Of a stretch of DNA of 64,000 nt, positions 12,449 to 21,374 are shown piece by piece. Source of the DNA: Azolla caroliniana (lineage: Eukaryota > Plantae > Polypodiophyta). Each line of letters begins with the position of its first letter. The first letter of the stretch is position 1. The stretch covers positions 25,730,001 to 25,794,000 of the forward strand of contig JBHGNT010000003.1 of the NCBI GenBank assembly GCA_043228905.1, read 5' to 3'. Under the pieces are notes generated by a model. That model had not been told where the DNA came from. It saw only the letters and a program-made list of their open reading frames with translations, and did not search any database. The translations under genes were made by a program, and so were the position numbers.

Positions 12449-15400
12449 TTACATAGCAATCAATTCATCTACGTCATTTTCTTCATCATCTTGTGTAGAA
12501 CTGTCTTCGGCTATACGTGCATTGGTTTCCCCTGTTAGCCGGGCCAACGAAATATCTTCTATAAGCTCATCATCAAGCTCTATTAGCTCTCCCGGTTCGC
12601 CGGCTAACGGAGGAATAGGCTCTCGCGAAGCGGGTTGAAACCTTTCTGTATTGGCGAGGTTCTTTGCACCGACCTCCTCATCCTGGTCTGGGTACTCCCA
12701 CAAAGCCTTAATCCGCATATTAATAAATATAACTTGGTCCTCGTCCTTCTCCAATGCAACTGTATTCCTAAACAGCTTCAATGCACATGCTGACGTAGTT
12801 CCTATGATGTAAGTAACAAGAAGATTTAGTTGTCAAACGAAAAAAGTGATTGGTTATCTCAAGATCGTTACCCTAGTTCGAGGAATACCTGTGCCAGAAA
12901 AGAGATCTAATATCCAGTCTCCTTCGACAGAAAACATCTCGATCAAGCGCATCATAAGTCGTTGAGGTTTTTGGTATGGGTTGACAAGTCCCCGTTCTGT
13001 CGTGGTGACATGTCGCAATTTCCGAGTCACTGCTGGATATACCAACAGATTTGAACCTCCCACTTCATTAGAATGCTCTTTGATTCTCTGTTTTTTAATT
13101 TCATCGAAGTAGCCAACCGTTATGTATTCAATGGCATTAACGAACCGAAAAGTTGGCCCTCTATTTACATTGGTCTTGATCCTATAAAAAAGAATTCATA
13201 GAGTTAAAAATAGATTCAACAACCTTAAGAATTGCAATATAATGAAAGACACCTATAAATAATCCTTACCATGCAAGGTTCTCGATGCCATGGCAACGAG
13301 ATCTCAAAGCTTGAGCTACCGAGTACCCTTGGTCCATACTATGAAAGACAACTATTCGCCACAAGGATGCGGTCGTTAGCTCAGCGAAATCCTTGACCAT
13401 CTTCTCCAATTGTTTAAACCTAAACGGTTCATCGTCGTATGATGACCCAGCCATTCGAAATCCGTAAGGAATATCCGCAATCATTAGCGTATATTCCTTC
13501 TTTGGCACCTTCTGGATCAAGTCGATGACATCACCGCAAACCACATTGTAGTAAAGATCTCTCGTAATATCTTTCTTGTGGCTAAATTTTTTAAACGAGC
13601 CATCTTCCTCCATTTCGTACGCCTTGACTAAGCGACGATCCTTTTCTTTTCTGGCTCGCTCGAGATGTGCAAGGAAGGATGTAGGGAAATCGTGTATATC
13701 CTTAACTTCTCCTTGTTTCTTGCCTCGACACGGTTTCTAATAGAAGCAATAGGACATCAGGTATTATTATACAAGCTCTACATATGATGAAAGGGTAATG
13801 AAAAAATATCAATACTAACCCAATCCTTGAATGCAATAAAATACTCTGATAACGCCTTATACGAAGACGTTAGAGGATAATCCTCGGTCACTTGTTCCCA
13901 AGTTATACATCCAAGTTGTTTCATCATTACTTCTTGGATCTTCATGTACACCTTATGACTGTAAAATTAGAAATCAAGATTAGAACTTTGAATTACACCA
14001 GATAGACTACAATTTCAGTATTTGAAAGACTTACTTATTGAACTCGGTGACCATTTCTTCAAGGCTTAAATCTTTCGCCACAACCCTTGACAAAACGGAC
14101 ACAAGAAGCTGCTCGTCCTTAATACCTTGCATCGCTCTCCATAGAGACAGCTTCATGTCGTCTGCCGCTTCTTCAATTGTCAAGTCAATTTTCTTGGCGG
14201 CTTGTGACTTTAATTCTAGTTGAGGGTCAACCCTACATTTCTTTTGTCGTTGACCCTTTACCTCCTTATTCTCCCACATTGAGAAGATTTGATCTTGGAG
14301 GTCCCATACTTCTCCATCTCTAAACGCCAATTGAAACCAAGATTCATACTTTCGAAGACCATCGGACCTAACATTATCATCTACCACAATGCCGACTTCA
14401 TGCAGACATTGACGTCGAAGGCCTGGATGTAACTTCACACCAAACTTTTGTTTCACATCTAAATACTCGTGGTGGAAGAACCGGATACGCTCAATAGACG
14501 ACATTTTCTGCCTATAGTCATTATCATTATTATGGTCCCATGCCAACAGCTTAGCCTCTTCGGTTGTGAGCCCAACATATATTTTGCACTCGGCATACTT
14601 GAAGAAGAAAGTGGTTGGATGTTCTCTTACAAGTTGTCGACGTGCCTCTGCTGAATGCGATCCACCAATGACAAAATAATTATATTGATCATGCTTTCTG
14701 ATATCAAAATCTTCAATGGTTTCACATTCTTCAGGATCCACCATAACAATAAAAGGCACCACTGTGGCATGAGGATTAATTTTCATTTTCTTCTTGAGAT
14801 TTTGAACATGCATGCGATGAGGCTCTCTAATCTCAAGTGGTCTTCGACCTGTTTTTTCATCAATAGGGGGCCGATGGATGTGTGTTATAGGCAAATTAAA
14901 TACTTGCCCTTTCCTGACCAGCTTCCGTTGCATTAACTCTCTTCTTATTTTATTCTGCTCGGATGACAAAACACCCGAGGCCAGCTCGGCTCCTGGCGTC
15001 CCCTTATTATCCTCTTCTTCATTTTCACTTGTCGAATCCGTATCCGACATTTTCGTTGTCTTCTTCTTGGCTGGTCTTGACTGGACTTTGGATACCTTTT
15101 TAGTGGCCTTCAAGTGGGAGGGCTCTTCATCTCGTAGAGTTACATGGCCTTGTATATAAGGCCTCAAGGTAACAATCAGGTTTTGTGAGTTATCAAGTGC
15201 TTTTTTGAACACTTCAGGCCCACAAGATTCCTTTACTAAAAGATCTTCTGAAAGGAACACCCTGCGTACCCCCTTGGAGCACTCTATCATTACCAGTATG
15301 TTGGCCGAATCTGCATCTTCGTAGTCAAATCGTAGAATTCGGCCATACATAAATGGAGTTTCTTTTCCTAGCTGCCCCTCACCCTTCTTCTTTGCTGTAT

Positions 15401-16767
15401 ACAATACGACTTTTTTCTTTGAGTCAACATATTGCATACACCATTCCTTGTCCGTTAGATCTCGGTCAGGAAGGTCTTCGCCTCCAGTAGCGGCGACAAT
15501 TTTCTTTTGGCTTACATCACTATGGGGCTGAGATTTTGTCTCTTCGTTAAAGAGAAGCTTTTTTCCTCTCTTCATGGTCTCCGGAGTTACCTTGGTCTGG
15601 GCTTCGATTGGAGAACCTTGTATGCGAAGCTTAATTTTCTTCACGGGTCGGTCTGACAGATTCTCAAACGACCTATTTAAGAAAGTATATGCAAAAACAT
15701 AAGTTAGACAGTTACGTAGATTGAAGTTGTTATTATAATGAAGAACAGTTTCTAGGAGCAGTAACATATTCAAAAATCTATTCTAGGCAGGGCTATTCAA
15801 CCTAGAAAATATATATCGTAATAAGTAAAATGGGTTATATATTCTTTTAAATAGTAGGTATGACTTACATAGATTCTAAACCTATATTGATGAGAATTTG
15901 CCATAGTGAATGCAATTTGTAGATCATTTTCTACTATTTTAAGCTAAAGTAGGTCAAAAAACACCTATAATTAGAGCATGTATTTGTTTAGAAGTAAGTA
16001 AACTCAAAATAAAAAGACTGATTTTGACAGACAATTTGATAACATTTCCACCCCGTAAACGATTTTTCTCTCTCAAAGGCTACACTTTAAACACGAACTC
16101 GATACGGCGTATCGAGTTCGTGTTTAAAGTGTAGGTTTTAAACACGAACTCGATACGCCGTATCGAGTTCATGTTTAAAATTCAAACTTTAAACACGAAC
16201 TCGATACGCCGTATCGAGTTCGTGTTTAAAACCTATACTTTAAACACGAACTCGATACGGCGTATCGAGTTCGTGTTTAAAACCTACCCTTTAAACACGA
16301 ACTCGATACGGCGTATCGAGTTCGTGTTTAAAACCTACACTATGACTACGAACTCGATACGCCGTATCGAGTTCGTGTTTAAAACCTATACTTTAAACAC
16401 GAACTCGATACGACGTATCGAGTTCGTGTTTAAAACCTACACTTTAAACACGAACTCGATACGGCGTATCGAGTTCGTGTTTAAAACCTACACCATGAAC
16501 ACGAACTCGATACGCCGTATCGAGTTCATGTTTAAAACCTATACTTTAAACACGAACTCGATACGGCGTATCGAGTTCATGTATACAATACAAATATTTA
16601 TACACGAACTCGATACGGCGTATCGAGTTCGTGTATAAATATTTGTATTGTATACATGAACTCGATACGCCGTATCGAGTTCTTGGGAAACGAAACATAT
16701 TTACAAAAATGTCCACAGTGTCAGAGGCCTACCTGGACTCCTCGCGCTCGACTCTCTTGGAAGACAT
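12449..16767 (-). CDS. ParB-like domain + beta-class N4-C/N6-A DNA methyltransferase fusion, 6 exons (16767-16733, 15672-14035, 13958-13820, 13736-13270, 13181-12889, 12801-12449), ~974 aa
   Basis: Five GT-AG introns join in frame (2925 nt, no internal stop). The MTase has GDVIDLI...LMIADIPYG (motif IV), WIK...EYI, YQKPQRLMMRLIEMFS.EGDWILDLFSGTGTTSACALKLFRNTVALEKD (motif I FxGxG). The ParB-like region reads LPITHIHRP...IRE...HVQNLKKKM...PFIVMV...YFVIGGSHSAEARRQL. Confidence 0.85.
16080..16682. repeat. Array of 12 palindromic units (51-52 bp period) in intron 1 of the MTase gene
   Basis: Unit TTTAAACACGAACTCGATACG-N-CGTATCGAGTTCGTGTTTAAA plus an 8-bp spacer. Centres at 16107, 16158, 16209, 16260, 16311, 16362, 16413, 16464, 16515, 16566, 16618 and 16670. 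Confidence 0.97.
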
Positions 16768-16819
16768 GGTTGATCGTGTTGTGTGGAGGCGGAGATCGCG
16801 CTTTCGTGCTTTGTGCCTT

Positions 16820-16884
16820 GAGTGCTCTGTGTGCTCTGTGTGCTCTGTGTGCTCTGAGTGCTCTGTACGCTCTGTACGCTCTGG
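16820..16884 (+). repeat. 9-bp minisatellite (TGTGCTCTG-like) in the predicted 5' UTR of the MTase gene
   Basis: About 7 tandem GTGCTCTGT / ACGCTCTGT units. Confidence 0.8.
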
Positions 16885-16907
16885 TGAGTGAAATATGATG
16901 AGGTCTT

Positions 16908-16920
16908 CCTATTTATAGGG
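16908..16920 (-). promoter_or_regulatory. Putative TATA box for the ParB-MTase gene
   Basis: Minus strand reads CCCTATAAATAGG, about 140 bp upstream of the ATG at 16767. Confidence 0.55.
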
Positions 16921-17590
16921 ATTGAACCCATGGTTAAAGTAACCATAGTCATCTTAACCAATGTTGGTAACTTTGAGGATAGTTAGTTTGTAACCATAGT
17001 CACATTAACTATAGTAACTTATGATTGTATTAATGATTACAAAGGCAAACTAATATATTGATGAATCTTTTATACTCATAACAACCTACAATCACTTCAA
17101 AGGTTATGAAGGAGACAATGATAGAGGTTCATGAATGTACCAATGATTGATTACTAAAAGCAAAAATTTTTATGACTCTCAATAGTTATGTATTAAAGAT
17201 GTGGGCATGAATTAACTAATGATTGATAAGTCTAACATTTAAAATGGTGAGCATTAAAGAATCAATGAGTGAGACGTTCTATATCAAAATGGGTGTCATT
17301 AATTAGCCAATGATTTTAACATTAATCCAACATATTCAACGCTTGTTAATGATTAGTTTTATATTTTACTTGATTTAACATCATTTAGATCTAGTTTATA
17401 TAATGATTGATAATTTAAGTTAAATTACTTTATTAAAAATAATTTTTAGATGTATTGTATTTTAATAGAATATTACATAATATAGACATTCTATTGATTT
17501 GGCTTTTGTTTAGAGAGAAGTTTATGTTTAGGGAGGAGTATATGGTTAGAGAGGAGTATAACTTAGAGAGCCCTATCTAGACCTTAAGCC

Positions 17591-19531
17591 ATGAGTGAAG
17601 ATTCACCGTTCTCGATTGAAGAATATTGTTTGTCATCAGACCCATCGTTTTCTACTGAAGAGTATTGTTTATCAACAGAGTCACCATATTCGATTGAAGA
17701 ATATTGTCTTTCGACCGACTCACCATATTCTATCGAAGAATATTGTCTGAGCTCATCTACAGGGAATGCAAATAATGACACATGTGAAGAGTTCTCTATT
17801 GAAGAATACGATATTAATAAAGATACCGGGAATGAAGGAAGTGCCCAGGAAACATTGAATAACATTGGCGATGGTCAGAACAGAGAATTAGACTGTAACA
17901 AGGTTACACCAACCTCTATGCAGGAAGAGAAATCTGGGAGCCCTATGCATATTAGAAGAATCCCACGAAGAATTCGTCTGGCTAGATTTAGCTTGGTGAC
18001 ATCAGATAAACAGATTGGATTTGATGTCAACAAAATATGTTGTGCCCGTGGTTGTATGTCTATGATTGGAAAATCAAAGTTGCGAGAATTAAGGCGATAC
18101 TATTTTTCGATGACCGGTGATGAGCAAGACACTTACCTCGGATCACATATGCAACTAGTATCTGACAAATGTACGGGGATCAAAGTATCATTCGAGTATT
18201 ATATCTTCCATGCGCAACAGATATGTAGAGTTGCATTCAAAATTGTGTTATGTGTTAGTAACATGCGGCTACATAGAGTACAACAACGTCTACTTAGCGG
18301 GGATCAGATGCTCAATTGTAAAGAGGTTCCAAGTATGAAAGGTGCAATTGGAAGACTAGCTATTGGCTGGATGAAAACTTACTTTCAGTTAAATTGTGAA
18401 GTAATGCCCACTACAGGTAGGATGCATCTTTCTGATAATTATACCCGTCGGGAAGTTTATGATGTCTATCGATCTGAAATGCTGGGCTCACGTAATAAGT
18501 CTATCACCTATAGCCAATTCACAAGATTATGGAGAGCTCGGTTTTCAAATGTTATTATTCCTCGTAAAGTACGTATGGGTTATTGCTCCATTTGTGCAAA
18601 TCTTAAAAGTTTGGCTAAAGGTGCAAAGACATCAATGGAAAAGGATACGAGTAAGAAGTTACTACAAGAGCATCGTGAGGCACAATCCTTAGAACGAAGG
18701 AAGGCGATGCATCATAGAGAGAAGTGTTTGAAGAGGCCTGAACAATACATGTGCTTAATGATAGATGGCATGGACCAGAAGAAGACATGCTTGCCGCATA
18801 TGCGGAGGCTCCCCAAAGATGTCAATGATGAGTGCCTTGTTCAAATGCACTTGGTGGGATGCTTGGCTTATAATAGGTCTGTTCGACCTCACGTCTTCAT
18901 TACTTACCCCAATGTTCACAATGACCCTAACCTAACAGTTACAGTGATTCACCGAGTTTTGATGTCTTGGGGACAACCTTTCCCCCCTGTTCTATACATT
19001 CAATTGGACAATACTGCTAGAGAGAACAAAAATTCAACTGTATTTGGCTATCTAAGTATGTTGGTCAACCTAGAATTGTTTAGGAAAGTGAAAGTCAATT
19101 TCCTTTTGGTTGGCCACACACATGACCATATAGATCAGATGTTTAGCACATTCTCCAGACAGTTGTCTCGGCATGATGCTTTCACTTTACCTAAACTATT
19201 TGATGTCATTTGTGATGCATATACACCACGCCCAAAAGTGTTACACTTGAAGGAGGTATATGACTTTAAGAGATATATATTAGATGGGGGTGGTGGGAAT
19301 GTTAAAGTGCTTGCTCAGTTAAACAATATAAGTTTCAATCACATTTTTTTGATAAAGAAAAATGGAATAAGTGGTTCTACACTTTTGTATGCTAAACAAT
19401 ATTCATCTTCTACAACATGGGAACCTGAAGGTGGTTGCCAGTTATTACTTTGTATGCCGAGTACATTGTCCATGGAGCTAAGCAAATGCCAATTGAGAAG
19501 AAAGGACAGTTGCAGAGCGACTTGGTATTAG
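17591..19531 (+). CDS. DDD transposase, Sola-like (N-terminal and catalytic part)
   Basis: Cys cluster CSIC...H, then catalytic-type motifs CLMIDGMDQ, LYIQLDNTARENKN and FLLVGHTHDHIDQMFS; lies within TIRs. Confidence 0.85.
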   Translation: MSEDSPFSIEEYCLSSDPSFSTEEYCLSTESPYSIEEYCLSTDSPYSIEEYCLSSSTGNANNDTCEEFSIEEYDINKDTGNEGSAQETLNNIGDGQNRELDCNKVTPTSMQEEKSGSPMHIRRIPRRIRLARFSLVTSDKQIGFDVNKICCARGCMSMIGKSKLRELRRYYFSMTGDEQDTYLGSHMQLVSDKCTGIKVSFEYYIFHAQQICRVAFKIVLCVSNMRLHRVQQRLLSGDQMLNCKEVPSMKGAIGRLAIGWMKTYFQLNCEVMPTTGRMHLSDNYTRREVYDVYRSEMLGSRNKSITYSQFTRLWRARFSNVIIPRKVRMGYCSICANLKSLAKGAKTSMEKDTSKKLLQEHREAQSLERRKAMHHREKCLKRPEQYMCLMIDGMDQKKTCLPHMRRLPKDVNDECLVQMHLVGCLAYNRSVRPHVFITYPNVHNDPNLTVTVIHRVLMSWGQPFPPVLYIQLDNTARENKNSTVFGYLSMLVNLELFRKVKVNFLLVGHTHDHIDQMFSTFSRQLSRHDAFTLPKLFDVICDAYTPRPKVLHLKEVYDFKRYILDGGGGNVKVLAQLNNISFNHIFLIKKNGISGSTLLYAKQYSSSTTWEPEGGCQLLLCMPSTLSMELSKCQLRRKDSCRATWY

Positions 19532-20370
19532 AACAAAAACGGTCATGGCTCCAAGCCTTAGAAGAAAAAAGAAAACATATTGAGGCCGCCAAGAAATATG
19601 CCACACAACAAGACACGTCATGGTGGGATGTATTTTATAGTGATCAGAAAGAAATTATAGACAATTGTGTATCTGTTGATAATTGGAATTTGGAAACGCC
19701 ATTCACATGGTCGCTGCAACATGATCGCGTAAATAGAAGTCCGGAGCGACTAGTAAATGCGATTAATGACAGCTTGGTCCATCCACAACAAAGAGACATT
19801 TATGTGGGACCAAGGATGACCAAAGCAGCCGAAGCTAGATGGCAAGGAAATTTGCATGAGCTCACCGCGGGGATGTTGATTGCAACGCCGGCTGATGAGA
19901 ACTCACATGGCCACCAATTTTGGGTTGGTAAAATTCTAGAAGTGCTAATGCATGAAATAGATAACACGATCAAGTCTATAAATGTTCATTGGTACAACAC
20001 TAGAAGTGCAAATGCTTTTACAGGTAAGTATACATTGGAGATGATTGAATGCCAAACAAGAAGGGGAGGTAGGAAGAGGAAGCGAAACATTCGTAACACC
20101 TCGACCCTTGATATCTCTGATGTGGATATCATCGTGTACGACTTCACACTTACAAAAGCCGGACGATTAAGGAAGTCAACAATAGATATAATAAAAGAAA
20201 AATTACCAGGTCTACAAGGTGGCTCGAGTCAAAGGCAAACGAGATCTGCTACATATAATCTAGAGTCAAACCATTTGGTTTATGACGAAGATAATGCACT
20301 GATTGGTACATCCGAGGATGATGAGGAGGAATCGTCATTGTATATTAGTTATAGTAGTGATTCTCCGTAA
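19435..20370 (+). CDS. Probable frameshifted C-terminal part of the transposase (possible BAH/Tudor-like beta domain, NLS, acidic tail)
   Basis: 311-codon ORF overlapping the transposase end. One added base near 19461 would fuse ...LLCMP to EYIVHGAKQMP.... Contains FWVGKILEV...VHWY and RRGGRKRKR. Confidence 0.6.
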   Translation: MPVITLYAEYIVHGAKQMPIEKKGQLQSDLVLEQKRSWLQALEEKRKHIEAAKKYATQQDTSWWDVFYSDQKEIIDNCVSVDNWNLETPFTWSLQHDRVNRSPERLVNAINDSLVHPQQRDIYVGPRMTKAAEARWQGNLHELTAGMLIATPADENSHGHQFWVGKILEVLMHEIDNTIKSINVHWYNTRSANAFTGKYTLEMIECQTRRGGRKRKRNIRNTSTLDISDVDIIVYDFTLTKAGRLRKSTIDIIKEKLPGLQGGSSQRQTRSATYNLESNHLVYDEDNALIGTSEDDEEESSLYISYSSDSP

Positions 20371-20692
20371 AGGAGTGATCATGAATGTATATTTGGCTAT
20401 TAAGTGTAACTACATTCCGCTTGTAACAAATCGAGTAATATAAAATCATGTGTTTTGAATTCTTATGATTTCCCAAAAATCGTTTCTTATAAAATAACAT
20501 TGGTTGTAAAGTTTGTGATATAAATTGAGAATGTATGTTTTTGAAATTCGTCTTTTTTTAGTTACTTCTAAATCACGAAAATAGTGGATTTTTAACCTTT
20601 TTCATAGTATGTTTGAACTTGTATGATACTGGTATCAATGTGTTTTGTAAAATCATTGAAAAACCCCTAAAATTTCACTTATCCTTCCATTT

Positions 20693-20728
20693 ATGCGCGA
20701 TCCTTCCACTTGTGAACGCGAACGTGTT
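20693..20728 (+). repeat. Right terminal inverted repeat
   Basis: ATGCGCGATCCTTCCACTTGTGAACGCGAACGTGTT followed by the ATCT target duplication. Confidence 0.95.
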
Positions 20729-20790
20729 ATCTCTTGGAATGCACTTATTGCAGGATATGCGGAGAATGGGAAATTTGAGGAAGTGCACTA
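20729..20790 (+). pseudogene. PPR relic, right part
   Basis: ISWNALIAGYAENGKFEEV, the direct continuation of the motif broken at 11401. Confidence 0.85.
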
Positions 20791-21374
20791 TCAAGTCTAT
20801 CAAACGAAGGATTCATGGCTAGCCATTGTCTTACACAAGACGAGCTTGATAAGGATAGTTGCGTCCTTTCCATCTATTTTATATTTTGTAGCTAATATGC
20901 TTTTTAAAACTAATGGAAGGATATGTTCTTTTGGTCCAGGATATGTTTCCCTTGTTCTGGATTGAAAATCTCCATTCTTAGGACTAATAGTCGGCGACGG
21001 TTCGCCGAACCAAACTGCGTCTTCGATCGCTCATTCTTGTGGGCATGAGCATGGATCCTCAAAATGTAGAAGTTATGTATATACGTATATGATATATATA
21101 CATATGTATGGCTTATTAAAGGAAAAAGAAATGGAAAGAGAGAGAGAGAGAGAGGGAGAGAGGAAAAATGCGACGACATTTCAAGAATAGTGTTGAAACA
21201 TGTTTCTGATGTAACTTTGTCCTCAGAACTCCATTTTTATGATTTTTGGCTCGTTGCGAATCTCGTTCAGAGGGCTTTCCAAGGATTATTTGGACGTTAT
21301 GTTTCATTATAATTACAAGAAGATACAAGCAAAAATGTCATCGTCTCAGGTTAGTTCTCTCAATCTCTATTAGG

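Larger units (their letters stand above)
11402..20728. mobile_element. TIR DNA transposon (Sola-like), 9327 bp, carrying a transposase and a ParB-like/DNA amino-methyltransferase gene
   Basis: 36-bp TIRs with 1 mismatch, flanked by ATCT on both sides (11398-11401, 20729-20732). Removing the element rejoins the PPR motif VRN..ISWNALIAGYAENG. Internal DDD transposase present. Confidence 0.92.

Noticed and set aside
14031-15773. Stand-alone 580-aa gene as given in the ORF track
   Set aside because: The N-terminal ~33 codons are AT-rich intron and the stop overlaps a GTAAGT donor; it is exon 2 of the spliced ParB-MTase gene.
16171-16638. 155-aa repetitive ORF (TLNTNSIRRIEFVFKTY)n as a protein
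   Set aside because: A by-product of the 51-bp repeat, lying antisense within a predicted intron.
16080-16682. CRISPR array
   Set aside because: Spacers are only 8-9 bp and near-identical, there are no cas genes, and the context is a eukaryotic intron.
11402-20728. Bacterial contamination or prophage as the source of the MTase
   Set aside because: The gene has five spliceosomal introns and a TATA box, and sits within TIRs and a TSD inside a plant PPR relic.
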